Source: a virus (lineage: Duplodnaviria; Caudoviricetes). From it: a stretch of DNA of 45,638 bases. Numbering within the stretch: position 1 is the first letter of the stretch; the number at the start of each line of letters is the position of its first letter. Below, in pieces: positions 24,925-34,774 of the stretch. A model generated the notes under the pieces. That model had not been told where the DNA came from. It saw only the letters and a list, made by a program, of their open reading frames with translations, and did not search any database. The DNA lies in the IMG/VR virus record IMGVR_UViG_3300017700_000356, positions 1-45,638 of that record. The stretch is one strand, 5' to 3'. A program made the position numbers and the translations under genes.

Positions 24925-24926
24925 GC

Positions 24927-24955
24927 TTGCCGGGCGGAACATCCGGGCGTATAGA
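24927..24955 (+). promoter_or_regulatory. Lysis/late promoter TTGCCG-N17-TATAGA
   Basis: 17-bp spacer, directly after the terminator and before the endolysin. Confidence 0.5.
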
Positions 24956-24991
24956 TCGTTGCACCCTTCAGGCAGCCCCGGAGCCCGTCCT

Positions 24992-25396
24992 ATGCCCACA
25001 TTTGGCGAACGCAGCACCACCAACCTGTCACAATGCCGCCCGGAGCTTCAGAAGGTTGCTTTCGAGGCGATCAAGCTTGTTGACTTCGCTGTGATCTGCG
25101 GCTTTCGCAACAAGGCCGATCAAGAGAAAGCCAAGCGCGAGGGCAAGTCAAAGGCGGGTTGGCTTCAGTCGCCACACAATTACGATCCATCTTTCGCGTT
25201 CGATGCCGTGCCTTGGTGGCCGAACAAGCCCAACATTCGTTGGGAAGGCCCCGGCGCCATCAAGGCGTTCGAAGACATGGGCCGCGTCATCATGCAATGT
25301 GCCGACAATGTTGGCGTTCAGCTCACATGGGGCAAGGACTTCAGCTTTGTTGACTACCCGCATTTCGAGCTGAAGCACTGGCGCGACCTGAAGTAA
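24992..25396 (+). CDS. Endolysin, M15-family (L-Ala-D-Glu) peptidase
   Basis: ICGFRNKADQ..SPHN..AFDAVP..WGKDF..DYPHFEL. Confidence 0.9.
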   Translation: MPTFGERSTTNLSQCRPELQKVAFEAIKLVDFAVICGFRNKADQEKAKREGKSKAGWLQSPHNYDPSFAFDAVPWWPNKPNIRWEGPGAIKAFEDMGRVIMQCADNVGVQLTWGKDFSFVDYPHFELKHWRDLK

Positions 25397-25406
25397 GGGC
25401 GGGGCG

Positions 25407-25628
25407 GTGGAAGCGATTTTCACCGTTGTTGCTGCAACGCTGCAAGGACTAGGTTTCCCCGGCCTTGTTATTGCAGCGTTGTCATATTGGGTTTGGCATC
25501 GTGAAGGCATCTTGAACACAATTCAAGAAGCCCGCATCAAAGAGGGCCGCGAGGTTCTAACTGCGATCACTGCCAACGCAGAAGCAACTAACCGCCTTGT
25601 CGAAGCGCTGAAACAGAAAACGGTGTAA
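25407..25628 (+). CDS. Putative holin
   Basis: 73 aa, N-terminal TM, directly after the endolysin. Confidence 0.6.
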   Translation: MEAIFTVVAATLQGLGFPGLVIAALSYWVWHREGILNTIQEARIKEGREVLTAITANAEATNRLVEALKQKTV

Positions 25629-25634
25629 GCGCGG

Positions 25635-25850
25635 ATGAAAGGTCTTATCGCCATGTTTACACGGGCACGTTCGGCAGAAGTCGAAAGCATCAAGCATGAG
25701 ATCGCCGCCGCTGTGCAAAGCAGCGTCAGTGCGTCAAGCGAGCTTGTCAAGACGCTCGATGAAATGCTAGAAGCAACGAACGCCGCGAACCGCCGCACAA
25801 TCCGCGACAGGATGCCCCAACGTCATGAACGCAAGCCGCAAGATCATTAG
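25635..25850 (+). CDS. Hypothetical lysis-cassette protein
   Basis: Coiled-coil-like ORF between holin and spanins. Confidence 0.55.
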   Translation: MKGLIAMFTRARSAEVESIKHEIAAAVQSSVSASSELVKTLDEMLEATNAANRRTIRDRMPQRHERKPQDH

Positions 25851-26298
25851 CGTTGGTGTGCTGCTTGCAGCACTCTTCGCGTTCATGCTGTATGTCTTCC
25901 CCGGTGGCGCAGCAGTCGAGATCATGAACGGCGCCATTATTGGCGTTGGCGTCGTGATCTTCCTGACGTTCCGGGCGCTGACATGGGACACGCTGCGCGG
26001 TCGCGGGCAGTATGCGCGAGCGCAACAGATGGCCCTTGGCCTCGCGATCATGTGGCTTGGTGTGAACCTGCGCACCTTGCAGAGCATCAGCTACCGGATC
26101 ACCAACGATCCCGAAGTGCTCAACAGCGGGCTTGGCGCCTTCATCACCCTTATGTTCATCGTCGCCGGCATGCTTCAGGCGACCGCGCCCGGCCTTGGCA
26201 AAGGGCTGCTGCACGGGCAGAGCAAGAGCCGTGTTGCTGCGGCCGTGGTGATTGGCTGCTTGGTGACATGGGGCGTGATATGGCTTCAGCGCGCCTGA
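25825..26298 (+). CDS. Multi-TM membrane protein in the lysis cassette
   Basis: 4-5 hydrophobic segments. Confidence 0.65.
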   Translation: MNASRKIISVGVLLAALFAFMLYVFPGGAAVEIMNGAIIGVGVVIFLTFRALTWDTLRGRGQYARAQQMALGLAIMWLGVNLRTLQSISYRITNDPEVLNSGLGAFITLMFIVAGMLQATAPGLGKGLLHGQSKSRVAAAVVIGCLVTWGVIWLQRA

Positions 26299-26678
26299 TC
26301 CTGCTAGGCAGCATTGCCGCCGTCATCGCAGCGCTGTTGGTCGGGCTCCTGTGGTATCGCGGGCAGGCCATCAGCGCTGCTGCGGAGCGCGACACGGCAC
26401 GAGCTGAAGTCAAGACAGCCGCAGCCGTCAACGCCGTTCAGAAAGCGACGATGGATCGCTTGACGGCGTTCCGCGAAATAGACGATAAGTTGATGACCGG
26501 CCTGCAAGCTCGCCTTGGCGAGATCGCGACACAAGCCGGCGAAGCAACGACGGCCCTTCGCGAGCTGGAAAGAACAAGTGCTGACGCCAAGGCATATCTT
26601 GCCGTTCCTGTTCCTGCCGATCTTGGCCGGGTGCTCAACCGTCGCGCCGTTGGTGGTGGAACCGCAAATCGTCAGTGA
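26280..26678 (+). CDS. i-spanin (Rz-like)
   Basis: N-terminal TM plus coiled coil. Confidence 0.75.
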   Translation: MASARLILLGSIAAVIAALLVGLLWYRGQAISAAAERDTARAEVKTAAAVNAVQKATMDRLTAFREIDDKLMTGLQARLGEIATQAGEATTALRELERTSADAKAYLAVPVPADLGRVLNRRAVGGGTANRQ

Positions 26679-26865
26679 CCACGTTCCGGCCTCGATGACC
26701 ACGCCCTGTCCAAAAGTGGTCAAGACTGTCAAAACCACAGGCGACATCGTTGACAAACTGTTGTTGACGGAAACCGCACTAGACGCTTGCAGCGCGAAGG
26801 TTGACGCGCTCGACAACTGGCGTCGCACCCGATTGAGTGTGGGCAATGAGCTACCTACCCGTTGA
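26578..26865 (+). CDS. o-spanin (Rz1-like lipoprotein); start uncertain
   Basis: LAGC lipobox, Pro/Cys-rich, overlaps Rz in another frame. Confidence 0.75.
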   Translation: MLTPRHILPFLFLPILAGCSTVAPLVVEPQIVSDHVPASMTTPCPKVVKTVKTTGDIVDKLLLTETALDACSAKVDALDNWRRTRLSVGNELPTR

Positions 26866-27307
26866 CATCAACCCCTTGGAAGCCAAGACGGCGTTCGCTG
26901 CGGCGTTGCTGCGGCATCCGCACGAGCACTTCAAAGCTGCAACGCTCGTCTTCCCTGACAACATGCAAGCTGCATTGTTCATCATGCAGACATGGCAACA
27001 CGACCCGTTCGTGCGCGATGAAAAGCAGCGCTTGCTTGACGAGTTCGGCCCTGACTACTTCCTGCCGACGCAGTTTGAACTTGCGCATGATGTTTATGCG
27101 CTGGCTGGCGCCGCTGCGGCTGTTGAAGATCGCATCAAGGGGTTCCGCCTGTATGCAGAGATCAGGGGCTTCATCAGCAAGGCGCCAGTCGTCAACAACA
27201 ACGTTGACAACAGCACCAAGGTTCTGATGGTAAGCCCGCCCGACCCGGAGGGTGTCAAGAAGCGTCAGGCACAGTTGCTTCGCGACATGGCCGAAGATGC
27301 TGCATAG
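26846..27307 (+). CDS. terS: Terminase small subunit
   Basis: Directly upstream of TerL; FAAALL..P pattern of PA73-like TerS. Confidence 0.7.
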   Translation: MSYLPVDINPLEAKTAFAAALLRHPHEHFKAATLVFPDNMQAALFIMQTWQHDPFVRDEKQRLLDEFGPDYFLPTQFELAHDVYALAGAAAAVEDRIKGFRLYAEIRGFISKAPVVNNNVDNSTKVLMVSPPDPEGVKKRQAQLLRDMAEDAA

Positions 27308-28883
27308 ACATCACAATAATCCGCCTGACAAGGAAAAGCTGCCGTATTTCGAGCCGTGGAAAGCGCTGCCCGGATCGCAAGACGACTTCTTTAGCTGTGA
27401 AGCAAGCCATCTGCTTTATACAGGCACGCGCGGGCCGGGCAAGACAGACGCACAGTTGATGCGGTTCAAGCGCCGTGTTGGGCGCGGCTACGGCTCATTC
27501 TGGCGCGGCATCATCTTCGATCAAGAATACAAGAACTTGGAAGACATCATTGCTAAGTCGCAACGGTGGTTTCCGCAGTATGGCGACGGCTGCCGCTTCC
27601 TGACGAGCAACAGCGACCTAAAGTGGATTTGGCCGACAGGCGAAGAGCTGCTGTTTCGTCACATCAGCAAGCCGCAAGATTATTGGAAATACCACGGCCA
27701 CGAATACCCGTTTATTGGTTGGAATGAGCTATGCAAGTTCCCCAACGACACGCTTTATGAAGCGATGCACTCGTGCAACCGTTCATCCTATACGCCAACA
27801 AAGGACGGTTTCATTGGTGGTGCACCGCAGAAGGACGGCCCGCCAAAGGGGTTCAACCTCGATGGCAGCTTTGGCTACCCGCCGCCGATCCCGCTAGAAG
27901 TGTGCTCGACAACAAACCCATATGGCCCCGGTCACAATTGGGTTAAGCGCCGGTTCATCACGCCTGCGCCGATTGGCACGCCGATCATTACAACAACGAA
28001 TGTGTTCAATCCGCAGACCAAGCAGAATGAAAACATCGATGTAACGCAAATCACGTTCGTCGGCTCCTATCGCGAGAACCCTTACTTGTCGCCGCAATAC
28101 ATTGCCGGCATCAAGAACATACGCGACAAGAACAAGCGCAAGGCTTGGTTGGGCGGCTCATGGGACATCGTTGCCGGTGGTGCCTTTGATGACGTTTGGG
28201 ATGTGTCGCGCCACGTCATTGCACGGTTCAAAGTTCCGAAGACTTGGCACCTTGACCGCTCATTCGATTGGGGCTCTTCGCACCCGGCAAGTGTGGGTTG
28301 GTGGTGCGAAGCCAACGGCGAAGAGCTGACATACGAAGACGGCACGACATGGGCGCCGCCCGCTGGCACGTTGATCCAAATCGATGAACTCTACTTCACC
28401 GAAGAGATCGGCACCAACGTTGGCCTGAAGCTTTCGGCAACTGAGATCGGGCAGCAAATCGTTGCGCGTGAGGCCAAGCTGCTTGAACAAGGTTGGATCG
28501 TCAAGAAGCCATGGCCCGGCCCGGCCGACAACCAAATCCGCGACGTTCGCGAAAGCGATGTCGAAACCATTGAAACCAAGATGTCAGATGTTGGCGTTGA
28601 TTGGGAACGTTCCGACAAGTCGCCGGGATCGCGTAAGAACGGCTTGCAGCTCGCGCGCGACAGGCTTGCTGCTGTGTTGGAATATCTCGACAAGCCGGGC
28701 TTGTATTTTACCGAAAACTGCCGGGCGAGTATTGACTTGATCCCCACATTGCCGCGTGATGACAAAGACATCGATGACGTTGACACCGACGCAGAAGATC
28801 ACCCTTGGGACATGGTGCGCTACAGGGTGCTTAAGAGTAGCAACCGCGATGCCCGAACAGTCAAACTGAACTTCCCAACTTAG
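27297..28883 (+). CDS. terL: Terminase large subunit
   Basis: GTRGPGKT, FIGWNEL, STTNPYGPGHNWVK, FDWG, EDHPWDMVRY. Confidence 0.95.
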   Translation: MLHRHHNNPPDKEKLPYFEPWKALPGSQDDFFSCEASHLLYTGTRGPGKTDAQLMRFKRRVGRGYGSFWRGIIFDQEYKNLEDIIAKSQRWFPQYGDGCRFLTSNSDLKWIWPTGEELLFRHISKPQDYWKYHGHEYPFIGWNELCKFPNDTLYEAMHSCNRSSYTPTKDGFIGGAPQKDGPPKGFNLDGSFGYPPPIPLEVCSTTNPYGPGHNWVKRRFITPAPIGTPIITTTNVFNPQTKQNENIDVTQITFVGSYRENPYLSPQYIAGIKNIRDKNKRKAWLGGSWDIVAGGAFDDVWDVSRHVIARFKVPKTWHLDRSFDWGSSHPASVGWWCEANGEELTYEDGTTWAPPAGTLIQIDELYFTEEIGTNVGLKLSATEIGQQIVAREAKLLEQGWIVKKPWPGPADNQIRDVRESDVETIETKMSDVGVDWERSDKSPGSRKNGLQLARDRLAAVLEYLDKPGLYFTENCRASIDLIPTLPRDDKDIDDVDTDAEDHPWDMVRYRVLKSSNRDARTVKLNFPT

Positions 28884-28894
28884 GATGCGCAACA

Positions 28895-30412
28895 ATGTTG
28901 TATGACTTCATCACCGGGCTGCGCAACCTTGAACCCAACTACGCGGCAACAGGAGGCGTTGAGTTCGTGCGACGCGAGCTGTTGGTTTTCCGCGATCAAT
29001 ACAGCTTGATTGATGATTGCATTGCTGGCGAACAGCGCGTGAAGGAACGTCGCACGACCTACTTGCAGTTGCCCGGCAACATGAACGACGCAGACCACCT
29101 TGCACGGTATAACAACTATGTCAGCCGCGCCGTGTTCTATGGCGTCGCCGGCCGCACCCTTGACGGGCTTGTTGGCCGCGTGTTCACGCGCGATGCTGTT
29201 GCCGAAGTGCCAACGTCGCTGACGCCAGTGCTAGACGACGCCAACGGTGAAAGCGTCAGCTTTGACCAACTCACACAGAAGGGCGTTGCCACTGTTGTCG
29301 CCAAGGGCCGCGCCGGGCTGTTCGTTGACTATCCCCGTGTTGAGAGTGCTTCACGTCAGCAGCTCAACACAGGCGAGATCAAACCGACGATCCACCTGTA
29401 TCAGCCGCAACAGATTACCAATTGGCGCAAAGTGCGGATCAATGGCAAGGACAAGCTAACCCTTGTCGTGCTCATGGAACAATACACCATCGAAGACGAT
29501 GGCTTCGCTTCCAAGCAGGCGATACAGTATCGCGTGTTGCGCCTGACGGGTGGCATCTACACTGTCGAGCTGTGGCGCCAGACGGCCGGCGAAGCGCGCG
29601 GGTTCGTCTTGTATGAGAACCCGACCGTGCCGCTGAACTTCCAAGGCAAGCCCTATGACGAATTGCCGTTCAGGTTCCTAGGCCCGCGCGAAAGCAGCAG
29701 CGACATCGAAAAGCCGCCGATGTATGACTTGTGCAGCCTGAACATCGCTCACTATCGCAACAGCGCTGACTATGAAGAAAGCTGCTTCGTCACCGGGCAG
29801 CCGACGTTGTGGGCAGCCGGCCTGACGCAAACTTGGGTGAAGGAAGTTCTTGGCGGCAAGATCGGCTTGGGCTCGCGCGGCATCATCATGCTGCCGAAGG
29901 ACGGCACGGCCGGGCTGTTGCAGACCGAACCGAACAGCATGCCGTTCGAAGCCATGGAACACAAAGAGAAACAAATGGTTGCCCTTGGCGCCAAGCTTGT
30001 CGAACAGAAGAGCGTTCAGCGCACGGCAACGGAAGCCGGCATTGACGAGAACGCCGAAACGTCGGTGTTGTCGAGTTGCGCCCGCAACGTGTCCAAGGGC
30101 ATGCAATGGGCGTTGCAGTGGTGCGGCTACTTTGTCGGTGCTGAAGAAGCCAGTATCAAATATGAGCTGAACACCGACTTTGACTTGAACGAACTCGACA
30201 GCGCCGAACGCGCGCAGCTCGTCAAGGAATGGCAGGCAGAAGCCATCACATACGGCGAAATGCGCGACGCGCTGCGCAAGGCTGGCGTTGCCACCTTGAC
30301 CGACGAAGAGGCGCAAGCGGCCTTGACCAAGGAACGCACGTTCTTTGCGCCCGAAGTCGATCCCAACGACCCGAACGGTGGCAGCGACAGCGGCTTTGGG
30401 GCAGGTGCATAG
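28895..30412 (+). CDS. Portal protein (DUF4055-like)
   Basis: Follows TerL; LNIAHYRNSADYEE motif. Confidence 0.9.
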   Translation: MLYDFITGLRNLEPNYAATGGVEFVRRELLVFRDQYSLIDDCIAGEQRVKERRTTYLQLPGNMNDADHLARYNNYVSRAVFYGVAGRTLDGLVGRVFTRDAVAEVPTSLTPVLDDANGESVSFDQLTQKGVATVVAKGRAGLFVDYPRVESASRQQLNTGEIKPTIHLYQPQQITNWRKVRINGKDKLTLVVLMEQYTIEDDGFASKQAIQYRVLRLTGGIYTVELWRQTAGEARGFVLYENPTVPLNFQGKPYDELPFRFLGPRESSSDIEKPPMYDLCSLNIAHYRNSADYEESCFVTGQPTLWAAGLTQTWVKEVLGGKIGLGSRGIIMLPKDGTAGLLQTEPNSMPFEAMEHKEKQMVALGAKLVEQKSVQRTATEAGIDENAETSVLSSCARNVSKGMQWALQWCGYFVGAEEASIKYELNTDFDLNELDSAERAQLVKEWQAEAITYGEMRDALRKAGVATLTDEEAQAALTKERTFFAPEVDPNDPNGGSDSGFGAGA

Positions 30413-30417
30413 CAGTC

Positions 30418-31395
30418 ATGGCTACGCTTTACGACAGCCTGACAAGGCATCAAGTTTACTTCGAAGGCGTCAAGGCGTGGTTCAGTGGTGACTTCGGTGA
30501 CACGCTCACGGTGCTTAACCGCCGTGTCACCAACATCATCTTAAGCAGCCCGCAGCGCAACTTTGGTGATCTCACGGCTGCGGAGTATCGCAATCTTGAA
30601 CGGCGCATGTCGCGGCAGCTCGACACGCTCGTGAAGCGTTCCAAGGAAGTGCTGCTGTCCGATCTTAAGAAAGTCAGCGCCGTTGACAACAAGGTGCTGC
30701 AAGACATCTTGCTTTCGCAGAAGGGCACGCGGCGTCGGATGCCGAACAACGCGACGCTGTGGCGCCAAGTCGAAACCAAGGTGCTAGGCGCTACCGGCGA
30801 AACCATGGGCGACATGCTCGACAAGTATTATGCCAACATCAAGCAGACGATGCTTCGCGAGCTGCGCAAGGCGCGCACCGATGCCAAGTCTGTTGACGAA
30901 GTCCTTGACACGTTTAAGGGCACCAAGGCCGCAGCATTCAAAGACGGGTTGCTGAACAAGTTCAAGAACCAAGCCAACACGGTTCTTGCAACGACGCTTC
31001 AGCACATCACGTCGGTTTCACAGAACTATCTTGAACGCATCTTCTATGAGCGTTATCGATGGGTGGCGGTGCTCGATGAAGTAACCACCAACATTTGTCG
31101 TGGTCGCGACGGTAAAACATGGGCTTACGGCAAGGGGCCGCTGCCGCCCGCACACTACAATTGCCGGTCCAAGATCGTGCCCGAAGACGGTGACAGGACC
31201 AACCGCCCGGCATCGTTCTTCGAATGGTTGCGTTCGCAGCCGTTTATTGTATTGTCCGACATTGTGGGCAGTGTGGCGGCTCTGCGCATCAAGAACGGTC
31301 TGGCAAAGGCTGTTGAGTTCCCGAAGTTCATGTCAACCAAAAAGCTGCCGATAGATCAGTTTCAAGACAAAGTTCCGTTTATTCTAGCCGACTAG
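30418..31395 (+). CDS. Head morphogenesis protein (Mu gpF/SPP1 gp7-like)
   Basis: WVAVLDEVTTNICRGRDG...PPAHYNCRS. Confidence 0.88.
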   Translation: MATLYDSLTRHQVYFEGVKAWFSGDFGDTLTVLNRRVTNIILSSPQRNFGDLTAAEYRNLERRMSRQLDTLVKRSKEVLLSDLKKVSAVDNKVLQDILLSQKGTRRRMPNNATLWRQVETKVLGATGETMGDMLDKYYANIKQTMLRELRKARTDAKSVDEVLDTFKGTKAAAFKDGLLNKFKNQANTVLATTLQHITSVSQNYLERIFYERYRWVAVLDEVTTNICRGRDGKTWAYGKGPLPPAHYNCRSKIVPEDGDRTNRPASFFEWLRSQPFIVLSDIVGSVAALRIKNGLAKAVEFPKFMSTKKLPIDQFQDKVPFILAD

Positions 31396-31428
31396 CAAAG
31401 CTAGTCATAACCCAAGGATGGCAAAGCC

Positions 31429-32157
31429 ATGCCCGTCAAGCGTAAGATCAGCAAAGCTGAGTTCGAAGCCCTTTCTGATGACAAGAAAGAGTTCTATATT
31501 GAAAACAAGGATCGCAAGGGCGAATACATCCTTGACATGGATGCGGACTTCAACAAGGAGCTGACGACAGCTCTTGACAACGTCAAGGGTGAAGCGACGG
31601 CGGCCAAGGAAAAGCTTGCTGAAGTCGAAGCCGCGCTTGCTGCCGCCAAGGCGGAAAAGCAGCCCAAGGACGGCGGCGTGACCAAGGAAGATCACGACAG
31701 CATCGTCAAGTCACTTCAGACGAAGTTGACCAAAGCCGAGACTGACGCCGCAACGGCCCTGTCGAAGCGCGACGCCTTCATCAAGAAGACGTTGATCGAT
31801 AGCAAGGCACTGGAACTCGCCAGCAAGATCAGCACATCGCCCAAGCTGCTGCTGCCGCACATCAAGGGCCGTCTGTCGGCCAATCTCGATGGCGACGAAC
31901 CGGCAACCGTGGTGCTCGATGCGGAGGGCAAGCCATCCGCCTACACGCTCGCAGATTTGGAGCAAGAATTTGTTGCAAACAAAGATTTTGCCAGTATTAT
32001 CACCGGCAGCAAGGCGAGCGGGGGCAGTGCCCACAACGCGCCGGGCGGGGGCAGTGCCCTACCAACCGACAAATCCCCGAACCTGACGGCTCTTGCTGGC
32101 GCCGACCTTGTCGCGCACATGAAGAGCGTCAATCCCGAACTTGCCGCCAAACCATAA
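31429..32157 (+). CDS. Capsid scaffolding protein
   Basis: Coiled-coil; SKASGGSA; upstream of the MCP. Confidence 0.8.
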   Translation: MPVKRKISKAEFEALSDDKKEFYIENKDRKGEYILDMDADFNKELTTALDNVKGEATAAKEKLAEVEAALAAAKAEKQPKDGGVTKEDHDSIVKSLQTKLTKAETDAATALSKRDAFIKKTLIDSKALELASKISTSPKLLLPHIKGRLSANLDGDEPATVVLDAEGKPSAYTLADLEQEFVANKDFASIITGSKASGGSAHNAPGGGSALPTDKSPNLTALAGADLVAHMKSVNPELAAKP

Positions 32158-32169
32158 GGGCACAGCACC

Positions 32170-33141
32170 ATGTCACTCGCGAACATCGCCGTCTTCAACA
32201 AGTGGGTGTATACCACGGTTTCCGAACTCGTGGCGCAGCAGATCAACCTCTTCAATGAGGCGACCAAGGGCGCACTGATCCTGCGCAACGACAGCAACAC
32301 CGGCGATTTTTCGGATGCTACGTTCTGGAAGATCATGGGCGGCATGGTGCGTCGGCGCGACGCCTACGGTTCCGGCGCCGTGACGCCCATCGATCTTCAG
32401 ATGCTCGTTGACACGATGGTGAAGGTTGCAGGCGGCACGCCGCCCATCAACATTCCGCCTGTCATGTTCACTTGGATCGACAAGAACCCGGAGCTTGGTG
32501 CAGCCGAGATCGCCAAGCAGCTCGCGCCGGCCATGATGCAGGATATGCTCAACACGGCGGTTGCCGCGTTGGCCGGCGCCATGCGGAACGTCGCGGCGAT
32601 CAACTACGATGCTTCGGGCGGTTCGTCCGGTGCGGAGCTGTTCAACCCGGCCAACGTCAACGTTGCCCGGTCCAAGTTCGGTGATCGTTCGGCGGCCGTC
32701 ATCTGTTGGGTTGCGCACAGCAAGCCGATGCACGACTACTTCGCCAACGCCATCGCCAACGCGGCGCAGCTCTACACCTATGACACCATCGCCGTCGTTC
32801 GCGACCCCTTCGGCGCCGTGTTCGTCATTTCGGACATTCCGGCGCTGGTCATCGCCGGTTCGCCAACGGATTACGTTTCGCTTGGCCTTGTGCCCGGCGC
32901 GGCGATGATCCTCCGCAATGACGACTTCGTTCAGAACATCGAGACGAAGAACGGTGACGAGAACATTCTGCGCACCTATCAGGCGGAATGGTCCTACAAT
33001 CTCGGCATCAAGGGTTTCTCTTGGGACAAGACGAACGGCGGCAAGAGCCCGACCAATGCGGCGCTTGCCACCGGCACCAATTGGGATCAGACGGTGACGA
33101 GCATCAAGGACTTGCCGGGCGTGGTTCTGCGCACGCAGTAA
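32170..33141 (+). CDS. Major capsid protein (PA73/KL1-like)
   Basis: QQINLFNEAT.GALIL...YQAEWSYNLGIKGFSWD..NGGKSPT. Confidence 0.92.
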   Translation: MSLANIAVFNKWVYTTVSELVAQQINLFNEATKGALILRNDSNTGDFSDATFWKIMGGMVRRRDAYGSGAVTPIDLQMLVDTMVKVAGGTPPINIPPVMFTWIDKNPELGAAEIAKQLAPAMMQDMLNTAVAALAGAMRNVAAINYDASGGSSGAELFNPANVNVARSKFGDRSAAVICWVAHSKPMHDYFANAIANAAQLYTYDTIAVVRDPFGAVFVISDIPALVIAGSPTDYVSLGLVPGAAMILRNDDFVQNIETKNGDENILRTYQAEWSYNLGIKGFSWDKTNGGKSPTNAALATGTNWDQTVTSIKDLPGVVLRTQ

Positions 33142-33166
33142 GGCCCGCTTGACAACGGGATGCAAC

Positions 33167-33198
33167 AAGGGGCGCGGGTTCACAGCCCGCGCCTTTTT
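33167..33198 (+). terminator. Rho-independent terminator after the MCP
   Basis: GGCGCGGG...CCCGCGCC-TTTTT. Confidence 0.75.
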
Positions 33199-33225
33199 CG
33201 CAACAACAAACAGAAAGCAGCAGCC

Positions 33226-33819
33226 ATGCAGTTCGGATCAAAGAAGCCCATCGTGCTCGTGTTCTTCGCGGATGCCGTCCCGACCGAAGACGAGATCGAC
33301 CTTGCCGCATCCATGCCCGGCAACGTGCACGCCATGACGCGCAATGCGGCGGCAGTGCAGCCCGGCGAAAAGCCGGAGAAAGGCGACTTCGTCATCGCAA
33401 CGGACAACGACATCATCCCGTCGCCGTCGTATGACAACTACCCGCGTTTCACGGCTGATGCGGCGCGCAAGATCACGTCGGAACAGAAGCGTGATCGCAA
33501 GGAAGCTCGCGACAAGCTGGCTGCCGGCCTCGCGGCCGATGGTGGCGTGCAGCCGCAGCTTCCGCAGTTCGGCGCTCCGCGCGCACAGGTCGGGCCGGAA
33601 GGCGGCGGGGCGCCTGATCTCGATGCGATCCACGGTCGCGGCCCCAAGCCGGCCGAGACAGGCGACAAGCTCGGCGGGCACCCCGGCACGGCCCCGGATG
33701 GCGTGACGAGCCGTGACGGCGACGCAGGCGGCAACGGCGGCGATCCCGGCACCCCGGCGCCCGATCCGAACGCGCCGGCCGCCAAGCCCGGCCCCAAGCC
33801 TGCCGGTTGGGCGAAGTAA
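33226..33819 (+). CDS. Virion-associated protein, paralog 1 (disordered P/G-rich C-terminus)
   Basis: N-terminal domain shared with the next two genes. Confidence 0.65.
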   Translation: MQFGSKKPIVLVFFADAVPTEDEIDLAASMPGNVHAMTRNAAAVQPGEKPEKGDFVIATDNDIIPSPSYDNYPRFTADAARKITSEQKRDRKEARDKLAAGLAADGGVQPQLPQFGAPRAQVGPEGGGAPDLDAIHGRGPKPAETGDKLGGHPGTAPDGVTSRDGDAGGNGGDPGTPAPDPNAPAAKPGPKPAGWAK

Positions 33820-33860
33820 CCCAACCGTTCCCCGCAACATCGAGCTGAAGGCTAGCCATC

Positions 33861-34238
33861 ATGGCGAATAAGAAAGTCCTATACTTCACGGCTGACGCTG
33901 TCGCCAGCGGGCCGGAGCTGACAGCCATTGGCAAGCTCAATGCGTTGGTTGGCTACGATGTCGGTGTGCGCAACTCGCTTGTTGCCAACACCTACGGCGC
34001 AGGCGTGGAAGATGCTGACTATGTCGCCGGCACGCTTGTTGCGCCGTATGACGATGCCGGCGACTTCCCCGTGATCAACCCGGATGTGCCGCCCGCCCCT
34101 GTTGTGGGCAGCACTCAAAAGGTTATCACAAGCGGCGTTGCCGTCACTGGCGTCACGCTTGTTGGCACGGCCGGCGCTGGCAAGTCGATGGCCTTGACCA
34201 TCGTTGCCGGTGTTGTCACCACCGCCACATTCACCTAA
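33861..34238 (+). CDS. Virion-associated (decoration/head-fibre-like) protein, paralog 2
   Basis: KVLYFTADAV..E..RN..GVEDADYVAG. Confidence 0.65.
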   Translation: MANKKVLYFTADAVASGPELTAIGKLNALVGYDVGVRNSLVANTYGAGVEDADYVAGTLVAPYDDAGDFPVINPDVPPAPVVGSTQKVITSGVAVTGVTLVGTAGAGKSMALTIVAGVVTTATFT

Positions 34239-34255
34239 GCCTAAAGGACGGCACC

Positions 34256-34765
34256 ATGACCAAAATCATTTACTTCTTGGCGGGTGCCGTCCCAACACCT
34301 GAAGAGTTGACAGCGTTCAACGAACTCAACGCTGCAACGTCATTCGAATTGATGGTGCGCAACGGCACCGCGTCAAGCAGCTACGGCTCCGGTGTTGAAG
34401 ATTGCGACTATGTCGCCGGATCGGTCATCCCGACTGCTTACAGTGAGTTCCCTGTTTACGAGCCCGGTGGCGGCGGTGGAGCCGACAACGAACTTGGCGG
34501 CCCCTACACCAACGGCACGCTTGGCGATGCCATGTCAGCGGTCCCGGCAGGCGTTGGCGCCCGGTCTGTGGCCGGCGTGTCGGAAGCCTTGGACATGGGC
34601 GGCGGCAACACCGCGCTGATTTGCCGGCTGCCCGCGACTGAAGCCATTGTTGCCGACGACACGTCTGTTGCCAACGTTGATGTCTTTGGCACCGAAGGCA
34701 TGGGCAAAACTGTTTTCTTCACTGTGGTTGATGGCAAAGTCACGAACATTGCCATTGTAGACTAA
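34256..34765 (+). CDS. Virion-associated (decoration/head-fibre-like) protein, paralog 3
   Basis: KIIYFLAGAVP..E..RN..GVEDCDYVAG. Confidence 0.65.
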   Translation: MTKIIYFLAGAVPTPEELTAFNELNAATSFELMVRNGTASSSYGSGVEDCDYVAGSVIPTAYSEFPVYEPGGGGGADNELGGPYTNGTLGDAMSAVPAGVGARSVAGVSEALDMGGGNTALICRLPATEAIVADDTSVANVDVFGTEGMGKTVFFTVVDGKVTNIAIVD

Positions 34766-34774
34766 GGCGACGAC

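Noticed and set aside
33149-33180. TTGACAAC after the capsid gene as a promoter
   Set aside because: No plausible -10 at 16-18 bp; it runs into the GC stem of the terminator
32173-33183. Long antisense ORFs (e.g. 32173-33183, 43206-44393, 23994-24734, 40988-41932)
   Set aside because: They mirror well-supported genes on the opposite strand, a GC-rich codon-bias artefact
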